Part shown: piece by piece, positions 53,082 to 64,000 of the stretch
Layout: every line of letters begins with the position of its first letter
Numbering within the stretch: the first letter of the stretch is position 1
NCBI GenBank assembly: GCA_030390025.1
Contig: CM059432.1
Location: forward strand, 44,642,001 to 44,706,000
Reading direction: 5' to 3'
Source of the DNA: Squalus acanthias
Taxonomy: Eukaryota
Length of the DNA: 64,000 nt
Notes under the pieces: generated by a model
What the model was told of the DNA's origin: nothing
The model's input: only the letters and a program-made list of their open reading frames with translations
Databases searched by the model: none
Position numbers and translations under genes: made by a program

Positions 53082-53218
53082 TGTAATATACGTGGGTAGA
53101 ACAAATGAAGGACAGAGACAGGATGGGTTGCTAGTCCATGTGCTTGTTTTATTGGGGCAGAGCGAACTGAGCATGCTCATACTAAACCATATGATAAACC
53201 ATGTGATAATACCTTACA
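53082..53218 (-). repeat. Gypsy 5' LTR (137 bp)
   Basis: TGTAA...TTACA inverted ends, minus-strand AATAAA, adjacent PBS and TSD. Confidence 0.85.
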
Positions 53219-53639
53219 GTATGGAAGGCCAAAGTGGATGACCAAGGGGTACAGGAGGGGATGTAAGTCTGGAAGAGGTTGCAGGGATAGGATGGGATGT
53301 GGATTGTGAATTTAATGCATTGGAGGATGGCGAGCCAATGTCAGACAGCAAGGATGGGAACGATTGGCGAGCAGGAATTAGTGTGTAACAAGATCTGGGC
53401 AGCTGAGCTCTGAACAATTTGACGTTTTTGGAGGGTGGAGGGTGGAAGTCTAGCAAGGAGGACATTGGAGGCTAGAGGTAACAAAAGTAGGGATAAAGAT
53501 TTCAGCAGCAGTGGGGGTGAGGTGGGGTGGAGGCGGGTGACATTGTGATGGTGGAAGTAAGCTATTTTGAAGATGGATAGTATATGGTGCTTGAACCTCA
53601 GCTCTGGGTTGAACATTTGGGTACATTTACACTATTATT

Positions 53640-55445
53640 GCGCTGAACACAAGTTTCCTCGATCTTTTTAACAGTACAAATGTTACGTCCGTCATAGCCC
53701 CTCAGGGCTCATTTGCATGAATGCGCTGTTAAAGTACAAATACATTTCCTGGATTTACACTGCTCCTGCAATTGGTGTAACTTTACATTTAAAAAAAAAA
53801 GTCCAACAGTTTCCCCATCACCTCAGACATGTGGAAGTAAGGAGCTGGTGAGCTGAAGAAGGCACCAACTTCACTTACTGATTACAGGCTCCAGAGGAAC
53901 TTTTTGTAACCCCTTCCATCACATTTTCTAATCACTGACACCTGCTGTTCATTTTACCATAGCGCTTTCCTCTCTTCCCACTGCCAAACCCAGACTCTGA
54001 TCGACTTGGGACAATGGATATCTTACACCATGGACAAGCCGCTCTGTCATCATAATGGAGGAGCAGTTGCAGCAGCAGTGTGTTGAGGCCAGGAAAAACA
54101 AACAGTATGGCAGAGGACAGCAGTTCACCAGGCTCTACCCTCCCCAACGTGAGTACAGGCCACAACAGTCTTATGAAGACCTCTCCGAGGAAATGTGAAT
54201 CTGACAGCTGCCTTTCTCCAAGGATGCCACTGGGCATCTCTGCCAACTTCATCATGAAGATTTGCAGACTCGTTCCACTGCCACAGCTGTTCTGTCCGTG
54301 GCAATTAAAGTGGTAGCAACCCGCAACTTTCACAGCTTGGCATGCTTCCAGGCTGTCACAGGGCAGCTGTGCAGCTTTAACCAGGAAACTGTCAGGCCAT
54401 GTATTGCGCAGGTGACAGATACGCTCCTTCATAGATAAACTGAATTCCTCCACATGGGATTCACCCACAGGCAACGGAGACACAGAGCCACGGAACATTA
54501 CAGGATAGTTAGATTCCCCAGGGTGTGGGGTGCCACGATGGCACACACATGGCACCAAAAGTGCTAGCCGAGCAGCTGCTGATGGATGTTAATAGGAAGA
54601 AGTTCAATTCCCGAGACGTTCAGCTTGTCTGTGATGTAATCCAGGCTCTGTGCCCTCAATTGCCGCTGCAAGGGGCAGGTTCTGCAGGATGTCTTCACTG
54701 ACTGATTGACTGCAGTGGCAGCACCTCAGCTTTACCTTCTTCTACCTACCCTACCAGATGACACCACAGCAGACCTATTTAGCCCAATAGGACTTTGCCA
54801 CAAAGCAACAAGTGAAAAAGTCCATACTAAATGAGTGTTCCCTTTTCTGAAAGACTGTCATGAACATAATTAACAAAGCACACGATAACTGCACAGTGTG
54901 TTCCAAGCAACAACATTTCTTTTTTTTACAGAAAAATCAATTTATTTGCACCTAAATTATATGACTTGCTACTCTTTCTTAGTGCTTCGTCCTCATGTCT
55001 AACTGTGCCTTTCTATCTCCGATCCTAGTGCTGTGTCTCCTCTCTTACATGTTCCATAAGCTCAAACTTACCGAAAACTCTGCCATGAGGTAGTGTCCAG
55101 TGGGCGCAACTGGTACTTAAGACTGATGCTGACTGCGACAGATGCCATCAAGTGATTTAGTGGAAATTGGCAGCAAAATCACTTGACAGCTTCTTACCTT
55201 GCTGCCGGACAATTTTCCGTTGCTGCCGAGCAACTAGAGTGCTTTTAAAATGTTAAGACATTGCACGGAAGTTTCCTGAGGGGTGTATGTGTGACAGCAA
55301 CTTACACTCAAGTTACACCAGAGCTGCACCAGAAATATTTAAATTAACTTACCCCAGGAAACTTTTGTGTAAGACCCTCTTCAGGTGAATGGCATAACTT
55401 TCTGGTGTAACTACGGCATAACTGATATTGAGGAAATTCAGGGCC
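53640..55445 (+). mobile_element. Old, internally deleted Harbinger of a third family
   Basis: Transposase remnants LSVAIKVVATRNF and RIVRFPRVWGA..DGTHMA (54280-54560). Right terminus GAGGAAATTCAGGGCC; TTACAC-type repeats at both ends. Confidence 0.7.
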
Positions 55446-55628
55446 TGGTCTGGTTCACCTGAGAAGATGGCTGCAATGGGTTATGGAGTCAGTGGCAAGG
55501 AGCTTATGGTGGTAAAAGAATCAGAAGGGTAAAGAATCAAGATAACATGGGAAATTAATACTCACAAATTTGTGTTCTGGAACCATTTTAATCTTCATCT
55601 CAGTATTGGCCATTGAATAAATCAAACA

Positions 55629-55646
55629 CCACAGCAGATGGCAGTA
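55629..55646 (+). promoter_or_regulatory. CTCF-like motif
   Basis: ccACAGCAGATGGCAGTa resembles the CTCF core, in non-repeat sequence. Motif match only. Confidence 0.3.
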
Positions 55647-55706
55647 TATTCCAATTGTTCTTTCAGTCATCAGGAAGACCTGCATTTATTGTCCTTATGA
55701 GATATT

Positions 55707-57663
55707 GGGCTGGAATTTGGTGAAAATTCCGCCGCATGGCATTATTAATGTGCAAATTGGCCAGCAATTTTTTTTAAAACCTAAATGTGCATGAACAGGC
55801 AGGCCTAACTAACGGGGCACGCTGCGAGATGCCCTGTTCCAGCAAATTCTTCCTCCAAAGTTACAGCAGGAGATCAGGAGAACCCCTGTGGAAAATTTTA
55901 GACAAATGTCACGCTTAATGTCCCAAGGGAATGATTTACTCTGTTTACTAATTGCTAACATGTTCCTTATTGAGTAAATTCACCAATCCTGCACCCTTAG
56001 CAGTGAGCCGTGTTTGACGTGTACACAGATTGAAATGGGTTACAAAATTAAATCTAACCTGATATTCAGATTTACGAGTTTGTAACAAGTAACGAATAGA
56101 GGAAACATCCCCCCTCAGTTTTTGGTGTTATGCTATATATTTACTACAAAAATAAGTTACCTTTATTTCATGATTCCTTTTCATGAGGTCTGATGAGTCA
56201 TAGCACACAATATCCAAGCACCACCGGTAGACTTACAGTAGAGGGCAGCTTTTCACCAGTTTGATGGCCACAAGTGCTTCAATTTGAATGACACAATACC
56301 TTGCTTAGTGGCAATATTGCCTGGGCATTAAAAATAATTGGGAAAAGAATGATTTGTATTAAACCTGAAAGTGCAGTGCTTTCACGGAAAGCTGTGTGCA
56401 CTTTTGACAAAAATATACGATCGAACATAAGATGGATGTTGGCAGGTTGAATCTTTTTGTGTACTTTTCAGGACAAGCCCAGATAAAACACAATTTATAG
56501 AGAAATTTTGTTATTGCTTAGGATCGATTTGTTGAAACATTCAATGTCTTGTTTTTAATAAAATTGTATTGCTGATTGAAATAACTAATACTGCACTTTA
56601 TTTGTAGGAGATTTTTGCCAGACCTGACTATTGAAGGGTATGAGAAATAAACTAGGTTATGACCTTCGGGACCAGTCTGATGGATCTTTTTCAGTCCTAA
56701 GGCCATTGGGACATAATGGGGAGGGAGATATTGAAATACCTGATGCATCATGGGTAACTATGGACTTCTGGAGCTTGCCTGATTGCAAGTTGGGAAGGAA
56801 TTTTCCAAAGTTCTTTTCTGAAACCGTCTGCAATTTCTTTTCTATTTTTTTTTGCCTCCAGGAGTTAGTGTTATTAGTAACTGGGAAGGATGGTGCACAG
56901 GTTCCACCACCTAAAGGGTAGAGTGAGCATGATGGACCTGAAGGTTTTTATCTATATAAATGCAAGATTTTCTATTTTTCCTTTTTTCTTTATCTCCTTG
57001 TCATTTTTTGTGTAACTCAGAAAGATCAAAACTAGACTTTGCATCCTGTACTTTGTAAAGATATTGGGGTAGATTTCCTCTTCGACGCCTGGATGGTAAT
57101 CTGGCAGGGTGGTCCACACGGCCTTTAAAGAACCCGCATGATTTCCATAGGTACAGACAAAGGTCATAATTTTAATCTGGAGTTGGGTCAGTTGGGAGGG
57201 TGGGGTGGGGGTGAAGAGGGTAGTGTTGAAAGCGGTCAGGAAACCTGGGAGAATGGGTTTCCCGCAGGCCCTGTCGAATTTAATGGCAGGACCTGATTAG
57301 CATTTCAAAGCTCTGTTTCCCACCCGAAGACAGCCAGATGGAGAGGCTGGCTGGCTGCGGCCGGGTAGGTCAGCGGCACTAGGCTGCAGTGAGGAGGGAG
57401 GGAGGGTGGGATTGGGGGAGTGGGTGGTCGGGAGCTGGAGGATGATCGGGGCCAGAGGATTGGACCTGGAGGAGCAATGGGGGGTCGGGGGGGGGGGGTC
57501 GGTGGTGGTGGGGGTTGGGGGCCGGAGGACGATTGGTTCTCCCAATCTCCTGCCATAACTTTAGTGGGAGATCTGGAGAACCCTTGAAGAAACAGCATCA
57601 ACAGTTGAAAATGGCTAAAGTTACTATAGGAGATCAGGACAATCCCTGTGAAAATTCAAGGCC
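55707..57663. repeat. Two short related Harbinger-type MITE remnants (~55707-55903 and ~57161-57663)
   Basis: Shared ending ggagatcagga.aa.ccctgtg.aaaatt. Termini GGGCTGGAATTT and GGTCATAATTTT...AAAATTCAAGGCC. Confidence 0.45.
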
Positions 57664-58167
57664 TGAATATATGGAGCAAAATGCACCAAAATATAATTGA
57701 AAATGTGAAATAAATAAAATCGTTTAACAATAATGGAACAGTAATCTCCCTTTAAGAAGCCTACCTGTATAGGCCAGCTCCCTGGATTACTGAGGCACCA
57801 TTTTGTATTGTCAGGGTGCACACAGGGACACAGCCTCTCCCAAAGTTGTGAAATTTATTAGATTTACTTTCAATAACTACTGCAGAAAAAGAGGCTCATA
57901 CTTGCTTACAGGGCAGCCTCTTTCTAGTCCCAAAACTACCTGTTACAAAATATGGCATGCAGCGATTTGGGCAAATAAGGTCACGGATTTGATTTCCCAA
58001 ACCAGGTCCACCCCAAACTGGCAGAGGGTAATACTGGCACTCATATGCATAAGTCCTCATGGCTGGTAAAGGATTATAGTCTCCTTCTAACATGTGGTGG
58101 TTTAGAGGCATTCTTCATCTCATAATTATGCAAAAAATCATTTTTTGACTAACTCAAACAATTAGTT

Positions 58168-58866
58168 AGAAGAGAGACCTGGGGGTATTTGTGCACAAAT
58201 CGTTGAAGGTGGCAGTTAAAAAGGCTTACAGGATCCTGGGCTTCATGAATAGAGGTAGAGTACAAAACTGTGGAAATTATGATGAACCTGTATAAAACAC
58301 TGGTTCGGCCCCAACTGGAGTATTGTGTCCAATTCTGGGCACCACACTATAGGAAGGATGTGAAGGCCTTAGAGAGGGTGCAGAAAAGATTTACAAGAAT
58401 GATTCCAGGAATGAGGGACTTCAGTTACGTTGGTAGACTGTAGAAGCTGGGGTTGTTCTCCTTGGAGCAGAGAAGATTGAGAGGAGATTTGATAGAGGTG
58501 TTCAAAATCATGAGGGGTCTAGCCAGAGTAGATAGAGAGAAACTGTTCCCATTGGCGGAAAGGTCGAGAACCAGAGGACACAGATTTAAGGTGATTGGCA
58601 AAAGAACCAAAGGCGACGTAAGAAAAAACTTTTTTATGCAGTGAGTGGTTAAGATTTGGAATGCACTGCCTGAAAGGGTGGTGGAGGCAGATTCAATTGT
58701 GGCTTTCAAAAGGGAGTTGGATAAGTATTTGAAGGAAAGAAATTTGCAGAGCTACAGGGAAAGGGTGGGGGAGTGGGACTAGCTGAAGGGCTCTTGCAGA
58801 GAGCCGGCATGGGCTCGACGGGCCGAATGGCCTCCTTCTGTGCTGTAACCATTCTATGATTCTATG
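58168..58866 (+). mobile_element. CR1 LINE 3' fragment
   Basis: LYKTLVRPQLEYCVQFWAP, FSLEQRRLRGDLIEVFKIM and an (attctatg)n tail. Confidence 0.92.
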
Positions 58867-60633
58867 AATATTTAAAAAAAGAAAACAGATGAATCAACTA
58901 GCTTCAAGGTCTACCTGCGTCTTGGACAAGAACTCACATAAATCAAACTTGGGTCTCAGTTTTTTATTTAATCATGCCTTATTTCCTGTGGCTTTGATTT
59001 TGGTAGTTTGGTATCTGGAGCACGGTTGTAACTGTTTCGCTGTTAACCTGCAAGTCCTTTGCAGTTACTGCTCAGGTATTCCCTGTGGGGAAGTGGTTCA
59101 AATAGGTTGTGAGTCCAGTTAGAGGCTGACTATTGTTGTTCTTGGAAGTTTGTCTGGGTTGGCTTCTCTCCTTATTATCTCAGCAACCTCTCCAGCTTAT
59201 CTTCAGGTCAGAAAAACAGCTGGAAATACCTAGATTTCTTTTCTTGTACTTTTGTTAAAGATTGTGCAGTTATGATTTATTGAAGTGCAGTTAAGTCTGA
59301 ATCATGATGTTCGCAGCATGATGAACACTATTAAAAATAGATACACGAGATTGTCTTTTTCATTAAATACACTACACCTTTACATTAGACTGTCACTGTG
59401 AACTTAGCAAAACCCAAATCTTGTCAATAGGCTACCTCAGTTCACATCTTTTCATAAATTATTTATGTAACACAGATCTAGTGATGGAATCCCACTATAA
59501 ATAGCTTTAACCAGATTTGATATCAGAGAACCAATGCAGTAGAAAAGTGTCAGTTATAGTGTAGTAGTACTGACGTGGAGTTGTGTGAGCAGGCAGCACA
59601 AAGTTATACCACCATTTCTGGCCCCAGAAATTTGGGGGACATTGTTCATTTGTGAATGAATACTGACCTCACTTTTTCTGCATTGTGCCACCAATACCTA
59701 AAGTTACATCTTATTGAGATGTAGTTTTCTGTATCTGATCTTTGCCATTATTTTCTGCCCTGACCTTCACCATAACAATAAGCCACATCATCTGATAGAT
59801 GAAATAATTCATTTCAACTTGTTGAGATGGTAAACTTGAATAATTTCAAATGACCTCAAACTGGCTCAGCTGATAAGTTAAAATCAGATGGAGTTAAAAA
59901 TAGAACATTATAAAATCAATAATAACTTTATGCAGCTACCACAGCAAACTTATTTACAGGGATCTTATGCCAAAATATAGCCTCTAGTTATTTACTTTTC
60001 TTTGTATGAAGCAATTATTCAGGTAACCTGGCATGTAATGTGAATGAATCCATACGGTGAAATATAGGTATAGACTAAGACACAAGAGTAAACTGACCTA
60101 ACTCTAGTAAGAGGGTAAAAGAGATTTTGATAGATTAACATAGGAAATGCACTGACTTAATCCAGATAGGCTGAAATATCAACCAAGCTGACTTAGATAT
60201 AAATAAATCATTGGTCATCACAACAAATAGAGATTATTATTGATTATCAATCATTAGCAGTCATTACACATATAGGGGGAAAAATTAGGTCGCGCCCCGT
60301 TTGGGGCGCAAATATCATCTGGACGCAAATATTAGCGCCTGGCGCTAATTATCGCCACTGACTGGAAACTTCACTTTTACCGCCCCGGGAGGTGAGTGGA
60401 GCGCTAAATCAGGCGCTGCACACCTGTCTTAAGGCGCAAAGGCCGAGCAGTGAGGCGCTAACTCAGCGCGCGAGCGCAGCGCAGGTGCTGCCAGTTAGCG
60501 AGGGAACACAGACACACTGGCGCCGGCCAGTTCTTAAAGCGGGGGGGGCCAACTTGCTCCCCAGCCACACCCTGCTCATTGCAGCCTTGAATCTCGGCCT
60601 GGAGAGACCTGTGAATCCATTTTGCTGCCAAGG

Positions 60634-62453
60634 ATGGAGAGGGTGAGAGAACGAGCTCAGCGCTTCACAGAGCGGGCCTTGGATGCTCTGGTTGGCGCGG
60701 TGGAGCGCAGAAGATGTATACTCTTCCCTGAGAGTGGCAGGAGGCCTTTGCCACGCGAGTACAGAAGAGTGTGGAGGGAGGTGGCTCAGAGCGTCTCCTC
60801 CAGGAGCATGGTGCCCAGGACCCATGTTCAATGCCGCAAAAAGTTCAACGACCTCACTCGGGTCGTCAGGGTGAGTGGCTTTTTCTCAATACCTCTCCAT
60901 CCCTCCATCTCAACCTCACTCTATGGCCAGAGGGTCTTAAAACCCCAATGCACAACACTCATCCAACACCTATGGCCCTTTCATGAAAAACACACACACA
61001 TTCCACACTTTGCATACAGTAAGGGCTATTCACCTATGGGAGGCACATCAGGCAAGACCATGGCTGCATACAGTAAGGGCTATTCACCTATGGGAGGCAC
61101 ATCAGGCAAGACCATGGCTGTATATTTACTCAGATGCTGTCCTTTTACTTGCAGGCCAAGCTGGCGCATAATAGGAGACAGCAGCAACGGACAGGTGGAG
61201 GGCGGCCTCAGCTGCAACCCCTCAGCGATCTTGAGGAGCGCGTCCACAGGATTGTGGCAAGCCGGGTGATCGGTCCCGTCGCCACTGGAGACGCCGACCC
61301 CGTTCTGGACAGCAATGGTAAGGTCATCACCTTTTTGTCCTCTGTCCTTCCACTTGTCCCTCACAACACCAGCCTTTGACACTTTCAATCCAACGTGCTA
61401 ACTCGCTGCACTTATTCCTCCCTTACTGCCACCCTGTCCTCACGCTAAAGCCACTCTTGTACCTCCCTGCTTTCAGATGGTGATTCACCAGCTGAGGAGA
61501 CGGGCCCTGAAGCTGCCAGTGGGAGTGAAGCTGCAGCCGAGGAGGAAGAGGAAGCCGGAGCATCAGTGCCACCCTCTCCCGAGGAAGCCCATGCCCACAC
61601 TGGGAACACGCCTTCCCTGGAGGGGAGCAGGGGGGAAGGGTCTGATGAGGGTGAAGCTCCAGGACCCAGCGGGCTGCAGCAACGCCATGGGGGTAGGGAA
61701 GAACGGGGGCCTTCTCCCCAGAGGGAGAGTATGCCAGAGACTCCTACTGCAATGGACGCAAAGGAGGAGCGGCTGATCGCAGAAATGAACACCCAGGCGG
61801 TGGGCATGCACACTGAGCTCATGGGTGCAGTGGGAAGGGTGCCCGAATGCATTGAGTCACTGGCAAGGAGTGTGGAGCACTTCGCTGTAGCACAGGCGGA
61901 TGCCACACTAACGCTTAGTGCTGCAATTCAGTCACTGACTGCCGTGATCCCATCTCTGACTGCTCTCATACAGACTCAGATTGAGGCCACGCGAGCAATG
62001 ACTGCTGCCAACCTCGATGGTTCGTTCACATGTCCCCGGGGCTCTCACCGCGCCGCAGCAGGCCAGCAATCTGTGCTCCAGCAGATTGCTCCGGATGCTG
62101 AAGTGCTGCCCCGTGGGAGTGCCAGTGTGTCGGGCGAGCAGGGAGTTGCTGTCCTCTCTCACGATGACAGCATTCCTGCTGCCAACACTGTCACTTCTCC
62201 ACTGCACTTGCCACCACCTGTAGGACAGACTGCTGCCGCCCATGCAGAGTTGGTGCAGTCTGCAGCCGGGCCCTCCAGGCCCAGAACTGGTCGAGGCCGT
62301 CCTTCAGGGGCATCTGCAGTGTCAGGGTCTGACGATCAGCAGCCTTCCACCAGCCTTGCTGCAGCCACTGAGGTCCCATTACGGAGGAGCAGTAGGGTTA
62401 GAAGGGGGGAAGTGCGCAAGGGAAGGAGATCACCCTCGAAGGGCAAAAAGTAG
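60634..62453 (+). CDS. Intact 3-exon Harbinger Myb/SANT-like protein, 458 aa (exons 60634-60870, 61155-61317, 61477-62453)
   Basis: AGG|gtgagt...ttgcag|GCC (phase 0) and ATG|gtaagg...tttcag|AT (phase 1). 1377 nt with no stop. RFTERALDALV...WREVA...QCRKKFNDL, TGGG motif and a basic NLS-like C-terminus. Confidence 0.88.
61011..61118. repeat. Perfect 2 x 54-bp tandem duplication in Myb intron 1
   Basis: tgcatacagtaagggctattcacctatgggaggcacatcaggcaagaccatggc occurs twice. Confidence 0.95.
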
Positions 62454-62765
62454 GAGGTGTGACAAAATGCTGGTCATTTTTTTATTAAAGGCCGAGGTTC
62501 GTGGTCCAACTTTTGTTTAGTGTTTTGGACATTATCTCCAGGTTGTGAGAACCAGTTATGTTAATGACTGTTTTTTTGTGTTTATTTCTATGAGTTTGTC
62601 ATGAGGAAATGACACACACAGAGTTTGTAAAATAAATAAGTTTTTGTATTCAAAATATACATGTTTGGTGTTTGGAATTATTGGTGCCTTGGCCGGCTTA
62701 GGGGTTGCGTGCTGGGTTCATTGATGTTGTTAGCAATGGCAGAAGCCATTTCCACAGCAGGGGCC

Positions 62766-63925
62766 CTAGAAGCGACTTGCTATCAGCCGTTGACGGACGG
62801 CCCTTGCAGTTTCACCATTGTGGGCCGCCCTCCCGCCTTGGTGCTGCTGATGATCATCCTCCTCGTCCTCTTCCTCCTCTTCCTCCTCCTCCTCTGGTGG
62901 TGCTCCAAGGCCTGGTGGCATTGGCTGGGTCCTGACGATTGCCATGTTATGCAACATGCAGCACACAACTACGAAGTTGGATACTCACTCAGGCGAGTAC
63001 TGCAGGGCTCCTCCAGAATGGTCGAGACAGCGGAACCGTTGCTTCAGCACGCCGATTGTGCGCTCAATGATGTTCCTGGTAGCTTGATGGCTCTCGTTGT
63101 ACCGCAGCTCAGCAGGTGTGTTGGGCGTACGGAGCGGTGTCATCAGCCAGGTGCTCAATGGATACCCCTTGTCCCCGAGAAGCCAACCAACTGGCTGATG
63201 CGGTGCCTCGAAAAGTTCTGCCACAGTAGTCTGGCGCAGGATGAAAGCATCGTGGCAGCTGCCAGGATAGTGGGCATTGACAGCGAGTATCAGCTGTCTG
63301 TGGTCACAGACCAACTGAACATTCAAGGAATGGAACCCCTTTCTGTTCCGGAATTCCTCGGCATTCTCATGTGGAGCACGCAAAGCCACATGCGTGCAGT
63401 CAATGGCGCCCTGCACCATGGGGAAGCCCGCTATCCTCGCAAAGCCCAGAGCACGGTCACGCTGCTTGTCTGGGGTCATGGGGAAAGAGATGAACTCTCG
63501 TCTCCATTTAAAGAGGGCATTTGTGACCTGCCTTTGCAGCAATGCACCGCGAACTGGGAGATATTGGCGAGGTCCCCAGCAGCAGCTTGAAATGAGCCAG
63601 TAGCATAGAAGTTGAGAGCCACTGTGACCTTCACTGCCACCGACAGAGACGTCCTGGACCTCAGTTGAGGCTGCAGATCTGGCTGCAGCAGGTGGCAGAG
63701 CTCAGTGACCACCTCCTTGCTGAATCGCAGCCTTCGCAAACACAGCTCCTCAGACAAATGAATGTAGGAGAGCTGTTCACGATATACCCTGGGAGGGTAA
63801 GCTCTCCTGTACATACGCCTGTTGGCCCTCCTCCGTCTGGCCATCATTGCCACTCTCTCTCTGCGTCTCTGTGTCCTCTGATTCAGCTGTAGCAGGACGA
63901 CGCCCCCATTCAGTGCAGCCACCAT
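62766..63925 (-). pseudogene. Harbinger transposase with only two lesions
   Basis: GAIDCTHV, GSCHDAF, GDKGYP and RNIIERTIG are all intact. 1-bp frameshift at ~63533 and an in-frame TGA at 62987-62985. Confidence 0.92.
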
Positions 63926-64000
63926 AGTCTCTTTGCAAGCAAAGTTATGAAGGACTGCAACCAAAGTACCAGCGAAGTTAGGATCAGTAGGCAAAACTAC

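Larger units (their letters stand above)
45547..53218 (-). mobile_element. Ty3/Gypsy LTR retrotransposon, decayed, with a 5' LTR only and interrupted by a SINE and CR1s
   Basis: gag 52840-52089 (CYRCKGNH zinc knuckle), protease IDTAADCS, RT SEWATPIVVVPK...LCGDYKVTIN and SELRSFLG, RNase H LACDAS, integrase VHVDF. Flanked by GTAT at 45543-45546 and 53219-53222. Confidence 0.92.
45283..53616 (-). mobile_element. Old L2 LINE split by the Gypsy insertion (pieces ~45283-45546 and 53219-53616)
   Basis: L2 tail at the left and ORF 53341-53616 FNPELRFKHHILSIFKIAYFH at the right. The sequence is continuous across GTAT. Confidence 0.75.
60275..64000. mobile_element. PIF/Harbinger transposon copy 3 (young; runs off the window end)
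   Basis: ATA|GGGGGAAAAATT terminus; Myb gene on + convergent with the transposase on -; CpG-rich. Confidence 0.95.

Noticed and set aside
61011..61118. CRISPR-like repeat array
   Set aside because: Only two abutting units with no spacers, in vertebrate DNA with no cas genes.
62661..63590. 309-aa + strand ORF with a hydrophobic stretch
   Set aside because: It is the antisense shadow of the transposase; the hydrophobic run mirrors its poly-Glu/Asp tail.

Overview
Eukaryotic, repeat-rich vertebrate genomic DNA, very probably from a shark or other elasmobranch (inferred from HE1-type V-SINE, SacSINE1-type DeuSINE, and abundant CR1 and L2 LINEs). The only host gene I can support is TMEM64 on the + strand: its last two coding exons (26540-26695, 29301-29492) and a ~3.5 kb, essentially TE-free 3' UTR. 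Positions 1-26539 are therefore probably its first intron. The rest is mobile DNA. There are three near-full-length two-gene PIF/Harbinger transposons (292-4307, ~40583-44670, 60275 to the window end), plus a MITE derivative and decayed copies. A Gypsy LTR retrotransposon sits in a four-level TE nest, and there are many CR1, L2 and RTE fragments and SINEs. The most notable hidden structures are: a minimal hammerhead ribozyme in a palindromic Penelope-type insertion with a 13-bp TSD; an intact spliced 458-aa Myb/SANT gene paired with a transposase carrying only two lesions; ATA-centred palindromic target sites and family-specific subterminal motifs of the Harbingers; an interlocked double inverted duplication; and a 28S rRNA fragment patched into a SINE. 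Family names were assigned from memory of these families, not from database searches. Boundaries of decayed repeats are approximate.
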